DNA of 64,000 bases, taken from assembly GCA_963729895.1 (NCBI GenBank), contig CAVSQB010000032.1, positions 11,597 to 75,596 on the forward strand, written 5' to 3'. The notes beneath the pieces were generated by a model. It was not told where the DNA came from. It made no database searches and saw only the letters and a program-made list of their open reading frames with translations. Positions within the stretch are counted from its first letter, which is position 1, and every line of letters starts with the position of its first letter. Position numbers and translations under genes: made by a program. This document shows positions 1-9,791 of the stretch, in pieces. This DNA is from an uncultured Fibrobacterota bacterium. Its GTDB lineage: Bacteria; Fibrobacterota; Chitinivibrionia; Chitinivibrionales; FEN-1185.

Positions 1-216
1 CTTGATATCTTTCTTTTCAGAGGACATCAATACCATTAGGTACATCGGTATGCCCAGCGCTCCCGATATTGTTTCCAGTGTTTCGGTTGTCGGTTTTCTT
101 TCCCCAGCTTCCATTCTCGATATATAGCTGGGTGCCAATCCGACGCGTTCCGCCAGGTCTTTCTGCGAAAGGCCTCTGGTGTTTCGTGCGATCTTAATTG
201 CTTTTCCGTAATTCAT
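1..216 (-). CDS. XRE-family HTH regulator (runs off window start)
   Basis: Manual translation MNYGKAIKIARNTRGLSQKDLAERVGLAPSYISRMEAGERKPTTETLETIS; GGAGG RBS upstream; not in the ORF track. Confidence 0.85.
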   Translation of the reverse strand, partial: MNYGKAIKIARNTRGLSQKDLAERVGLAPSYISRMEAGERKPTTETLETISGALGIPMYLMVLMSSEKKDIK

Positions 217-306
217 AAATATACCTCCAAAAAAACAGCTTTACTTCTTACATGGGGGATCCATATAAAATCCCTCAGGCAAAAAGTAAAGCCTCGAACT
301 CAGTCA

Positions 307-522
307 TCACTTACCACCTTGATCGCGGATAATCTGTACGACTACCCGGCCTATTTCCCCTACGGCATTGATCACCTCGCGGTGATTTCTTGTCCGTAGG
401 GTTTTTCGGAAACCCCTCAAGGCTCTAGTGACATCCTGCCTCTGCTCAGGTTTCAGCAAATCACTTTCGATCATTGATTGCAGGATTTCAATGACCGACT
501 CTGAACTCTTTGAATTGCGCAT
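307..522 (-). CDS. Small hypothetical protein (71 aa)
   Basis: ORF with GGAGG RBS, co-oriented upstream of the HTH gene. Confidence 0.5.
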   Translation of the reverse strand: MRNSKSSESVIEILQSMIESDLLKPEQRQDVTRALRGFRKTLRTRNHREVINAVGEIGRVVVQIIRDQGGK

Positions 523-961
523 AGCGCCCTCCGATTGTTAAGGTTCCGTTTGGAATGGCAATGGATTATTACCACCCTGCACGGTCTCCCAAGTTGCAGG
601 TCCTCATCGGAGGATTTGCTGAAACCAACCTTACTTTTGCCCTGTGCTTTTACCGGTCTCCCATATGCAACTGCTGTCAAACCATTTATATATAGCCGAC
701 AAATACAGATACACAGGAATCTCGACGCAGCCCCAGAAACGCAGATAATCTTTCGACTATCGCGGCACTCGCGTGCCATCAGTAACCGGTTTCCCGGTTT
801 AACCCGTTTTGGCGGGTTAGCGGACACAACTTCTCGGGTCGGAGGTGTCAAAGAGCAGTCCACCATATCGGTGGTCGTTAATAATATAATCAAAATAAAA
901 TGAAATGTCAAATAAAATGACTACCAGTCACATTTTATTTTTTATATTCGGGGCGCGCACC

Positions 962-1139
962 CCGGGCGGTTACCGTGAGGGCGATTGTCAATACGATTTT
1001 ATTGGCAATGTTGGTCTCTGGTGGGACTGGACGTCTACTGGGGAGATCGAGCCGTTATATGCACCGGAATGACGCTTCTATATACAATACAGAGACCGGT
1101 ATGGCTTGCGGTTTCAGCGTCCGATGCGTCCGGGATTAT
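962..1139 (+). pseudogene. Frameshifted C-terminal fragment of a Fib_succ_major (FISUMP) domain
   Basis: PGGYR..FIGNVGLWW in one frame and GFSVRCVRD in another; no N-terminus. Confidence 0.7.
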
Positions 1140-1231
1140 TTACTATTTTCCGCGACTTGTACCGAGCGTTGTCGAGGTAAGCGGGTTTCTATATTGAAAA
1201 GAAAATCATGGAGTTATGCGTCTCGGGTTCC

Positions 1232-1279
1232 GACTGGCTGGTCTACAAGCTGTATGGCCTGACCGCCGAAGAGAGAGGG
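1232..1279 (+). pseudogene. Remnant resembling the C-terminus of type IIG restriction-modification enzymes
   Basis: DWLVYKLYGLTAEE matches the typical D.LVY.LYGLT.EE tail; only 16 codons. Confidence 0.45.
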
Positions 1280-1552
1280 TGCAAACCAATATTTAGGAGC
1301 AATTCCCCATAGCGGTTGACGGAATGCCAATCGTTTACTTCATTCACTTTTGGCTGGGGGGCAGTTCGTGTTGTATCGGCAATCATTCAAAGAGAGAAGA
1401 TGGCCGTCCTTTGAATATCGAGAAACTCCAAACAAATTCCCTCCTGAACGAGTTTTATAATAAAAAATCACGTATGCAGATAGGGAGAACCAGGAAAAAC
1501 GCATTCGAGAAGGCTTTAGAAGTCGTTTGATTTGACAATTCAAGAATGACCT

Positions 1553-2509
1553 CTATTTTTCCAGCCGTTCAACCAAAATCCTCATGTTCTTGACTGCGTT
1601 TCGAACGGCCTTTGCCTGGAAATGGTTATTGAACGCGACGGCGAGTAGGGAAGTCTTGGTGTGCAGCACGAGCTGCCCCTTGACCCGCTGCAGCAGTTCC
1701 TCGTCAGAATACTCGTAATCGTACCGCGCGTTGCGCTGCGCCACGCGCTCCTTTGGCGACGCCGGCTTCTCTCTTGGATACCAATTCTCCAAGTTTAGGC
1801 CGCTGTAGCGGATGTAGCCTTTGTCGGTGGTCGCATAGGCCTTCAGAGGGAAGGCATGCTTTAGAGGAGGAATCTCCGTGTTGCAGATTCCAACGCCGGC
1901 GTTCTTAAGCGCAGTCAGGACCCGCTCGGCATGCCAGCTTATGTGCCGAAACTCGATGTGCACGTCGATCCGCTCCGAAACCGCGACGCCAGCAACCTTC
2001 AAAAGGAAATCGAGCTTCTTCTGCGTGCGGTACTCCTGGTCATCGAGCTGGATGAGGAAGGAAAAGAACCTTCCGCTTTCAATGAGCGGGCTTACGGCCG
2101 TGATGTGCCGGCGCATCATGTCCTGGCCAAGGCTGGTTTCGCATTCCTTAGTATTCGCTATATTTTGGTGTACCTTGACACTATACAGCATGGATTCTTT
2201 GCTGCGTGCTTGAATGTCAAGGAAATGGGGAAGGGTTGGCTCTGTATAGAATGTATCGTTGATTTCGACAAATGAGAAATACTTCTGGTAGAACCTGAGA
2301 GGATCCAAGTCTGCCTTTTGGTCGTCCGGTGCCGCGGCGGCTCTATACCCCTTCGGGTATGCACCCGGTCGGGTGTTTCTAAGGGTCGCCGAAGCGTCAA
2401 AAACACCCTTCCAGTCGTCGTAATGATATCCGGACGTTCCGACATGCACTCCGAATTTTGTAATGTCGGGCGGAACGTCGATAGGCTGCCAAGGCTCTTT
2501 TTTGTTCAT
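1553..2509 (-). CDS. DUF72 (YecE-like) protein
   Basis: VGTSGYHYDDW, VEINDTFY, IEFRH, YDYEYS, FNNH motifs. Confidence 0.92.
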   Translation of the reverse strand: MNKKEPWQPIDVPPDITKFGVHVGTSGYHYDDWKGVFDASATLRNTRPGAYPKGYRAAAAPDDQKADLDPLRFYQKYFSFVEINDTFYTEPTLPHFLDIQARSKESMLYSVKVHQNIANTKECETSLGQDMMRRHITAVSPLIESGRFFSFLIQLDDQEYRTQKKLDFLLKVAGVAVSERIDVHIEFRHISWHAERVLTALKNAGVGICNTEIPPLKHAFPLKAYATTDKGYIRYSGLNLENWYPREKPASPKERVAQRNARYDYEYSDEELLQRVKGQLVLHTKTSLLAVAFNNHFQAKAVRNAVKNMRILVERLEK

Positions 2510-2767
2510 TTTGTGTTCTTCCTCAAAACGTGTATAATATACACATCAAAGAAAATGAAAGTCAAATGGAAATTCTTGCCGGAATTAATCGTTGTCTGGA
2601 TGATGTGGAATGATTTAAGGGGCTTTACCCACAACGGAAGCAGGGGCCGGCTTTGGCGGCCGTTCGCCCGGTTCGTTGTTTCCAGATTGATTTAAGAGAC
2701 ATTGGATTTTCCAAAATAGTGCGGGGAAAATCAATAAAATGACGTATCTCGGAATGTAATTTAGGAT

Positions 2768-3346
2768 ATGAACGTTGGCCCATCAACAACCTTGACCCGA
2801 TTAATGAAAAAACTCCTAGTCCCTGTGCTGCTACTTTTGATGACGAATTGTGTTCACTTCCACAGGGAAATCACCATACCAAAAACCCAAATTCAGGAGC
2901 TGCTGGACAAACAATTTACTAATGGTAAGAATCACGTTTTTATGGGGTTTACCGTGGATTCCCCCGCGGTTTATTTTTCAGGGCAAAACATTGGGTTGAA
3001 GGTTACTTATTACAGGGATGCTTCAAGCCGAAGCCAGTTTTTCCAATTGCCGGGATGGAGCCCTTTTCTTATAGGAACCGCAGATATCAAAGGCGAGCTC
3101 ACTTACGATCAGGGTTGTTTTTACCTGTCAAAAATCAAAATCGTCGATCTGGTTGTCAGAGAGAAGGGTTCTGAAAACAAAAAGGGCAAATCTAAAGGAA
3201 GGATGTTGAAATTAACGGGTAACTGGGTCGGCGACGTTCCTCTTTACCGGCTGGATGATAATACCTACAAACAAATCCTGGCGAAACGGTTCTTTGAAAA
3301 GCTGAAAGTTGAGGGCGATAATATCGTTGTCACTCTGGGCTTTTGA
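2768..3346 (+). CDS. Putative lipoprotein, DUF1439/YceB-like
   Basis: Signal peptide with Cys (likely start MKKLL), IQELLDKQF, PLYRLD motifs. Confidence 0.6.
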   Translation: MNVGPSTTLTRLMKKLLVPVLLLLMTNCVHFHREITIPKTQIQELLDKQFTNGKNHVFMGFTVDSPAVYFSGQNIGLKVTYYRDASSRSQFFQLPGWSPFLIGTADIKGELTYDQGCFYLSKIKIVDLVVREKGSENKKGKSKGRMLKLTGNWVGDVPLYRLDDNTYKQILAKRFFEKLKVEGDNIVVTLGF

Positions 3347-3408
3347 AGAAACCACGATCAGTTTCCGTACATCGCCTTCAACTCGTCCACGGTCGGATGC
3401 CCGGCATA

Positions 3409-3490
3409 GTATTCCTTGTCCGTGGCCGCATAGGACTTGAGTGGGAAGACGTGCTCTAGGCGCTGGATTCCCGTGTTGCAGATGCCCACG
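3409..3490 (-). pseudogene. DUF72 paralog fragment (3' piece)
   Basis: VGICNTGIQRLEHVFPLKSYAATDKEY aligns with VGICNTEIPPLKHAFPLKAYATTDKGY of 1553-2509. Confidence 0.8.
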
Positions 3491-3733
3491 TAGCCTCTCG
3501 GCGGACAGGCGGAGGCCTCACTTTTCTTCTACAGTGAAGAAAAGTGAGCAAAAGACTCCGCCCTGCAACGCACCCTTTTCATATCTTGCACGGGAGTGCC
3601 TTTAACTCGCTTCACTCAGACAGAAAGGCACTTTTGTCCGTGCAAAATATGGGCTGCTTTGATGGGGGAGACGGGTTGATTAACTGGACAAAAAGCATGT
3701 CGGAAGAATCTGCTCATTGTCTCTTAATCATAA

Positions 3734-3771
3734 TCACTATCCACCCCCGATTTCTCGGGGGTGGATAGTGA
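3734..3771 (-). terminator. Hairpin terminator downstream of the Spy-like gene
   Basis: Perfect 17-bp stem tcactatccacccccga / tcgggggtggatagtga. Confidence 0.65.
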
Positions 3772-3843
3772 AGGCTAAGCCTAGTTTCACATTGATCACC
3801 ATACGTTAGTCAATGCTGTGGCATGCGAGGTTACAATATTTAG

Positions 3844-4320
3844 TCAGTCCTGGTTCTTGTCGCCGCGATTCCATTTCTTTTGGAATCCCCTTTTGCCCCA
3901 TTGCTGCTGCATATCGAGGAATTTTTTGAACTGATCCTGGGTAAGGATCTGCTTGGCCTTGAAAATATTGGCAAACCGGTTCTTGATCATCTGCTTATGA
4001 AATTGCGCCATCTGGTCTGCATAGCTGTCAAGCGCTGCCGGATCAGGGGTGGCCTTGAGAAACTCATCCTTGATCTTCTGCCGCAGCGCTTTTACGGATT
4101 CGAAATCCGCTTTCATTTTCTCCTGGCCTTCCTTACGCAGCGCCTTCATCTGGTCTTTTTGATCTTGAGTAAGTCCCAGGTCTGCCAAGCCATAGTGCCG
4201 TTGACCGGTATCGGCCTTTGCCACTGCAGGAGCAGTCGAAGGTTCATTCTGGGTTGCGCCGGCCGGCAAAGCCAGGGCTCCTGCAAGGCAAGCCGTCAAC
4301 AAGACATCTCGCATTTTCAT
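3844..4320 (-). CDS. Spy/CpxP-family periplasmic chaperone
   Basis: Signal peptide; LGLTQDQK and ILTQDQ (LTxxQ) motifs. Confidence 0.85.
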   Translation of the reverse strand: MKMRDVLLTACLAGALALPAGATQNEPSTAPAVAKADTGQRHYGLADLGLTQDQKDQMKALRKEGQEKMKADFESVKALRQKIKDEFLKATPDPAALDSYADQMAQFHKQMIKNRFANIFKAKQILTQDQFKKFLDMQQQWGKRGFQKKWNRGDKNQD

Positions 4321-4382
4321 AGAGCACTCCCTTTGATTGATAATTTTGAGTTTTTCCGCGCCGATATCCGGCTTTTCGAAAA

Positions 4383-4411
4383 TTAGACTGTGAAAAAGTA
4401 CCGGGTGTTAC
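4383..4411 (-). promoter_or_regulatory. Putative ECF-sigma promoter GTAACA-N17-GTCTAA
   Basis: Same bipartite motif and spacing found before four envelope genes. Confidence 0.6.
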
Positions 4412-4593
4412 ATTCCTGTTCGACGATCATGAAACCTAAGAAAAAGTAAAGCAAACATTTTCTTATTTGGAAGCACAGTCCCTCTTTTTCAAGGGTTTCG
4501 AGGGATATTTGACATGCGGACAGAATTGATTGCAGAATCTCAAGAAAAGGGACGATACAAGTAATGAGGCAAGTTCCAAGACAAGGAGTTCAC

Positions 4594-5382
4594 ATGGATA
4601 TTTCCCAGGTTTCAAGCACAGCACTCCAGGATTCACAGTGGCTGCAATCCTTCTTGGATTCGCAGAACTCTTCGAATAGCTCAACCGCCAGCACAGACAG
4701 CGCCAGTGCATCGGCCAGCAACGCAACAACCGCCAGTGCAACGGGCGCCACGCAAACCTCCCAGGCGACTGCAGCAAGCAAGAGTTCCGCTCCTTCGGCA
4801 TCCGCAATCTTCCAGGCATTGCTTGCCACCAATACCGCAAACAACGACATGGCGATACTCAACGCATTGCCCGGTGCCACGACAAATTCCTCAGTCAGCA
4901 ACGCGGGCATGCTCCAGGCTCTGATGTCGGCTGCGTCCGGCTCCAGCGGGCTGGCTGCTTCACCGACGTCACAAGACGCCTCATCTGCGAGTGATTCCGG
5001 CAATCAGTCCGTTCTCCAGGCTTTACAGAGCGCATCTTCGGGAAGTAATGATTTGTCAATGTTACAGGCTCTGCAGGGAGCCTTGACCAATGACAGCAGC
5101 GGCACGGGCTCAACTGCGGACATTTTGGATTCCCTGCTCCAGCCCACGTCAGACATCAGCGATTCTTCGGATTTGTTTGCGCCACAGAATACCGACCCTT
5201 CGGGCGATCTGGCCGCGCTTGAAGGCTTTGCCGGGGCCACCAATTCCGCCGATAGCCTGCAAAGTTCGGTCATGGACGCGCTGTCGAACAGCGACATGAG
5301 CGGTACGGACCTGGCCGCGGTACTCAAGGCCCTGGACCAAATGAACAGCTCCACTGGGACCAGCGGAAGCGTCTCCTCTTAG
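4594..5382 (+). CDS. Ser/Ala/Asp-rich low-complexity protein with repeated (M/V)LQAL helices
   Basis: AAGGAG RBS before ATG 4594; hairpin terminator after the stop. Confidence 0.7.
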   Translation: MDISQVSSTALQDSQWLQSFLDSQNSSNSSTASTDSASASASNATTASATGATQTSQATAASKSSAPSASAIFQALLATNTANNDMAILNALPGATTNSSVSNAGMLQALMSAASGSSGLAASPTSQDASSASDSGNQSVLQALQSASSGSNDLSMLQALQGALTNDSSGTGSTADILDSLLQPTSDISDSSDLFAPQNTDPSGDLAALEGFAGATNSADSLQSSVMDALSNSDMSGTDLAAVLKALDQMNSSTGTSGSVSS

Positions 5383-5396
5383 GAATTTTTACCTGC

Positions 5397-5426
5397 GGCC
5401 CTGGTACACGTACCGGGGCCTTATTT
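5397..5426 (+). terminator. Rho-independent terminator
   Basis: ggccctggta-cacg-taccggggcc followed by ttattt. Confidence 0.6.
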
Positions 5427-5449
5427 CATCGTAGCTACCACAACCCGCC

Positions 5450-5478
5450 GTAACAATACCGCCACGCCGGCAGTCTAA
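5450..5478 (+). promoter_or_regulatory. Putative ECF-sigma promoter GTAACA-N17-GTCTAA
   Basis: Shared motif, about 50 bp before ATG 5529. Confidence 0.6.
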
Positions 5479-5528
5479 TTGTTTCCTCACCCGTGAGCCC
5501 GGTCATTTCACGGCCGAAAGGATTTTCC

Positions 5529-6359
5529 ATGAAGGTTTGCTGTCCGCTCGGTTTTCTCCTGGTTCTTCTATTTTTGTCAACATGTGAACGGCCGTATGTG
5601 ATCAAAAGTGTCTGGACCGACTCTGAACTTTCCTGCAATGGGGACACAACACAATGGAAAGATGTCATACAGTATCCTGACAATCCCCAATTTGGCATTG
5701 GGGTCAAGAATGACGGCAAGTTTTTATACCTCCGCGTCGTATCATGGAAAGATCCGATCAACAAACAGATCCTGCGATTTGGATTCACGACATGGTTTAC
5801 AAGTCCGTCAAAAAATGGAAAACGGTTCGGAATACATTTTCCAATTGCCAGGAAGAGGACGGCCGAGGAGAGGCGTGGGGATAAAGAGAACAGGCCTGAT
5901 TCAGCAGAAATGAGGTCTCGGTGGGAAGAATCGCTTCAAGAAATGGAATTCCTCGGTCCTGAAAATAGCGACAGTATACCTGTCAAGACCAAGGTCGCCG
6001 AGTCAATGGGCATTGTCGTCGGATTGTTCCCTTCTCAGGAAAAGCTTATTTACGAAATGAAAATGCCCCTTCGGGAGGATTCCGTTTGCAAATATGCAAT
6101 TGATATCGGGAAAGATTCGGTATTGAAAGTGGCATTCGAATCCGACATTCCAGAAATAGGTACGCACGGTCAGGGCGAGAGCCACGGTGGAGGCGCAGGC
6201 GGCGGAGGCAAGGGCGGTCGGGGCAGAGGTATGCACGGTGGAGGCGGCGGAATGCGAGGCGGTGGTGGAGAAGGAAGTCATGAACATGCAGCGGAAGCAG
6301 TACTGGAGCAGTTCAAGACGTCTTTTGCCATTACGCTTGCAAACAAGTTTGCAAAATAA
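5529..6359 (+). CDS. Putative lipoprotein with Gly/Arg-rich C-terminal segment
   Basis: Hydrophobic N-terminus ending LSTC; long ORF; start could be 5493. Confidence 0.7.
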   Translation: MKVCCPLGFLLVLLFLSTCERPYVIKSVWTDSELSCNGDTTQWKDVIQYPDNPQFGIGVKNDGKFLYLRVVSWKDPINKQILRFGFTTWFTSPSKNGKRFGIHFPIARKRTAEERRGDKENRPDSAEMRSRWEESLQEMEFLGPENSDSIPVKTKVAESMGIVVGLFPSQEKLIYEMKMPLREDSVCKYAIDIGKDSVLKVAFESDIPEIGTHGQGESHGGGAGGGGKGGRGRGMHGGGGGMRGGGGEGSHEHAAEAVLEQFKTSFAITLANKFAK

Positions 6360-6721
6360 CTTTTTCGGACGGCTGAATTGATCTTCCTAATGGCATAAAG
6401 ACATTGCTTTATGTGTATTCTCAATCATGAGGAGGCCGCATTCCTGCTTGCCCTTGACGGTGGAAATAAAGATATCGTACCGCGTTTTGGTAAGGGTTGG
6501 GTACTTTTGTATCCGGCCCTGTAATACGTTATTGTATTCCAATATTTCTTTCATTAAAACTTGAAAATACATTTGCACACAACCTTGCTTTTTTGCAAAT
6601 TTGTAACACGATTTTAGTTCCCACCCCGTAATTCTGTTCGTTGACAGCTTCCGCTTCATTTACTAATGGTTGAAAGCATTGGCTTTGATTCGCAGTGTTT
6701 CTTAGAAAAGCAAATTGCCTT

Positions 6722-7210
6722 ATGAGCCATTTCAAGATTCTCGTTGCCGAAGGCGATTCGGATATCAGCGAACTTATAAAGACCATACTCTCTTCCCCGT
6801 CTTATTCCATAACATGCGTCGACACCATCACCGAGGCATTTAGAAAACTAACGGAAGAAGAACCAGACCTTATTTTGGTAGATCTACTTACGCCCGAACT
6901 CGACGGATGGAAATTCTATAAAGCCGTTCGAGCAAAACCTGTATTTGAATATACAAGAGTTGTCATTCTAACAGATTTGTTATTCATTCCTAAATACCAC
7001 ATCTTACCTGCAGATCTGGTCATGGAAAAGCCCTTCGAGCTTGACGAACTAAGAGCGAACGTGAAGAATTTGCTTTCTGCAGAGAAATCGCTGGATGTTT
7101 TCAGCTTGAAGCACCTCAAAGAACCAGACATTCGTACAAGGGCAAAAGCAATAAGAACCAAAATATTCACGGATTGTTGTAACACGGAAGCCGAAACAAT
7201 TGTCCAATAA
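6722..7210 (+). CDS. Response regulator receiver protein
   Basis: KILVAE, PDLILVD, LDGW, KPF motifs; the acidic pocket is atypical. Confidence 0.8.
   Translation: MSHFKILVAEGDSDISELIKTILSSPSYSITCVDTITEAFRKLTEEEPDLILVDLLTPELDGWKFYKAVRAKPVFEYTRVVILTDLLFIPKYHILPADLVMEKPFELDELRANVKNLLSAEKSLDVFSLKHLKEPDIRTRAKAIRTKIFTDCCNTEAETIVQ
7179..7207 (+). promoter_or_regulatory. Putative ECF-sigma promoter GTAACA-N17-GTCCAA
   Basis: Shared motif at the end of the receiver gene, upstream of 7321. Confidence 0.5.
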
Positions 7211-7320
7211 GTGAATTATGGGTGCACCGAACGCAGGGGAATAATTAACAAGATTCAGAATGTAACAAGGAGTCTTGAAGAAGATCAATTTTCTTCAGAT
7301 CTAAAAAGGAGGGTGATTTT

Positions 7321-7662
7321 ATGCATGTTTTTCTTCCAATATTTGCAGCAGCTTGTTTGGTGTTTTTCGGGTATTTTGCGATCTGGAGTTCGAGCCAACC
7401 AACGACACCGAAGGGAATATCTTCTTTCGGAAGGATTTTGTCCATAATCTTATTTGTAATAGCCGGATTGGCGCTTCTATCCCCAATCGCCGTCAGACAG
7501 TTTCATTGCGGTTGTAGGATGAATAATATGGAATTCCGCGGACATCCTGGTTTCATGGGACGCCCACAGGGGCCTTGGATGAATAGAATGCAAATGCCCG
7601 GAGACAAAAACCGACCGGAAACTGTGCCTGAAGAAAAACCTGAAACTCCAGCTTCCAAATAA
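7321..7662 (+). CDS. Small two-TM membrane protein with Met/Gly/Pro-rich tail
   Basis: AGGAGG RBS; two hydrophobic segments. Confidence 0.7.
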   Translation: MHVFLPIFAAACLVFFGYFAIWSSSQPTTPKGISSFGRILSIILFVIAGLALLSPIAVRQFHCGCRMNNMEFRGHPGFMGRPQGPWMNRMQMPGDKNRPETVPEEKPETPASK

Positions 7663-7751
7663 AGGGAGGCTTTTTTCCTCTCGAAAACCTTCGAATGCAA
7701 CATCCCGTTCCATGGCGAGATGTTGATAATGAAACGTTACGAATGTTTTGC

Positions 7752-7787
7752 AACAGCGCTCCACGGGGAGGAGCGCTGTTCTTTTTC
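7752..7787 (+). terminator. Rho-independent terminator
   Basis: aacagcgctcc / ggagcgctgtt stem followed by ctttttc. Confidence 0.6.
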
Positions 7788-7931
7788 TATCGTTTTGTTA
7801 AAGACCGTATTGCTTAAGGATATTATTGATATTTGCGTAATAGCATATTTTTGATACATGATACGAACGATGATTTATTTTGGTGGTTCATCCAGTCTCC
7901 TTCAAACTTCAATAAACATAGGAGGTTTTGT

Positions 7932-8120
7932 ATGGCAACAAAGCAAAAGACAACCGGCAAACCAAGTCCATCTTTTGGTCTCGATCAATTCAAATCGGAA
8001 ATTGAGAAGCGAGCCAAGGAAATCTTTCTCAAGCGTCAGGCTACTAAGACTCCGGGAGATGCGCTGTCTGATTGGCTTCTGGCGGAAAAAGAAATAAAGG
8101 CGAATCATCATATCGCCTAA
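7932..8120 (+). CDS. DUF2934-family small protein
   Basis: AGGAGG RBS; EIEKRAKEIF...GDALSDWLLAEKEI pattern. Confidence 0.8.
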   Translation: MATKQKTTGKPSPSFGLDQFKSEIEKRAKEIFLKRQATKTPGDALSDWLLAEKEIKANHHIA

Positions 8121-8154
8121 AATCAGAGTCTCAAATCATAAAACAACGAAAGAG

Positions 8155-8254
8155 GGGCGTTCCCGAGGCACGTCAAGGAAATCGGCTAAGGGAGGCACCC
8201 GCGGCTCCCCCCTCCGGTGTCGGATTAACCGCTTCGGAACCTACCTGTAAACGC
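8155..8254 (+). repeat. Dispersed GC-rich intergenic element (GGGCGTTCCC...ACGC)
   Basis: Homologous to 22640-22776 on the opposite strand. Confidence 0.55.
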
Positions 8255-8568
8255 GTAATATCACCCATACGGCACTTCCTGACTAAGATTATTACATCCT
8301 GTGCGGCATTTTTGATCAACCCTGTCGACCTGCAGTGGTTTACTCATACCTTTTGGCGTTCCGGGGCCTGCGATCGGGGGGCCTGGATCCGCCCGGAAAT
8401 CCCGCCAAATAGTTCCAGATGGGGGAGCATCGAGCAGGCAGGCCTCCTTTTGCGCGAAAGTTTTGAGGGGCACCTAAAGTAGGCCACCTTCAAGATTTTG
8501 AAGATGGATCGTCAAGAACACCTCAGCCGACTTTTTTCGCTGAGCTGGACCTATCGGGCGATTTCCCG

Positions 8569-9036
8569 CTATACAGGCATGCATCGGACCACGATAGCAG
8601 AAGTACCGCATACAACAGGTTCAAAATGTACCTGACGCTCAATCTGACCAATTGACTCCGCAAATTGCTGTTCCGGCGAGAGTATCTTGTGGCTTCGATT
8701 TAAACTCTCGAATAGGGAGATATGATGGAAATGGATCTCGACATTGCCGGCTTTGAACAAATTGGTGGCGTCGAACCTTGCTTTTGTCCCATCACTTGCG
8801 ACAATACGTAGAGTCCTTTTCGTATCTCGAAAACGCTTGACAACATTAGCCAGAACTGCAAATTCACCGTCGGTTATGAGTGTACCTTTTGTCAAATCGA
8901 CAATGATATCACGGTCCCTGGTGTCGGGTTTGCTCAGGGTCTCCAACATTGTCCTAAACTCAACGAAATTCTCTATTTCTTTCCTATTGTAGGCAACATA
9001 GTAGAAGCCCGGCTTTTTGAGGATTTTCAGAGGCAT
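8569..9036 (-). CDS. STAS-like (anti-sigma antagonist) protein
   Basis: IIVDLTKGTLITDGEFAVL pattern; the phospho-Ser position is not conserved. Confidence 0.6.
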   Translation of the reverse strand: MPLKILKKPGFYYVAYNRKEIENFVEFRTMLETLSKPDTRDRDIIVDLTKGTLITDGEFAVLANVVKRFRDTKRTLRIVASDGTKARFDATNLFKAGNVEIHFHHISLFESLNRSHKILSPEQQFAESIGQIERQVHFEPVVCGTSAIVVRCMPV

Positions 9037-9093
9037 ATGTTACTATACCATGGATAATAGAGTGATGAACCAAAGACATTGATCTCCGAATGC

Positions 9094-9570
9094 TTAGTTT
9101 TCTACAGGCGTAACCGAAAAATCAAATTCCGCAGGTAGCAAATTATGATAGAATTCTCCTGAACGATTGACAAAGTTGGAAAGCAGCTGGTGATAAGGGA
9201 TTCTTTCCTCTTCTCTATTCTTTGCAAGGATTACGGCCACGCTTTCTATCCAAGCGCATTCATTATCAAATACCTCTATATTGAGACTTTCGCAAAGTGC
9301 TCGCAAACCGGATTCATTTCTCTCGGGCCTAATTATGAGACAAAGGATCCCCTCGAAGCGTTGCACCATCCTTTCACAAATAACAAGCAAGCCCATCATC
9401 ATGATGTTGGAAGAGAGCGCCACTTCCAGGGAAATTGCCTGGCAACGGATCCCTTCCGAGAGACCGGACCGTACACTGTCAATGATCTGGTTGGTCTCGG
9501 GTTCAGAAATGCTTTCCGATGTCAGCCGCAGGATCTGGAATCCCGTTCTTTTATCGATGATGATACTCAT
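9094..9570 (-). CDS. Divergent STAS-like protein
   Basis: AISLE...MGLLV..ERMVQRFEGILCLI...IEVFDNE; start could be 9606. Confidence 0.5.
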   Translation of the reverse strand: MSIIIDKRTGFQILRLTSESISEPETNQIIDSVRSGLSEGIRCQAISLEVALSSNIMMMGLLVICERMVQRFEGILCLIIRPERNESGLRALCESLNIEVFDNECAWIESVAVILAKNREEERIPYHQLLSNFVNRSGEFYHNLLPAEFDFSVTPVEN

Positions 9571-9725
9571 GAGACGTCGCTCTTCCGTATTTGGAATACA
9601 CCACATCGAAATAATTAGTCACCAACTGTTATTATACCGGCAAAGGGGGGCAAAGTCAAGAGGTGTTTAATCGCTTAATCACTTGGGTCAAACGGCTAAA
9701 GAAGAACCGGTCGGGTCTGGCCGCA

Positions 9726-9779
9726 TGCAGATGCCCACGCCGGCGTTTTTAAGGGCTGTCAGGACCTGCCGGGCCATGC
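9726..9779 (-). pseudogene. DUF72 paralog fragment (5' piece)
   Basis: RQVLTALKNAGVGIC versus ERVLTALKNAGVGIC in 1553-2509. Confidence 0.8.
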
Positions 9780-9791
9780 ATCGAGGAGCTG

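Noticed and set aside
601..655. Minus-strand GCACAGGGCAAA...GCAAATCCTCCG resembling a c-di-GMP-I riboswitch
   Set aside because: The GNRA-capped P2 hairpin and the P3 receptor are missing
8261..8570. Possible DinB-like or third DUF72 remnant
   Set aside because: Only scattered short matches and no consistent frame
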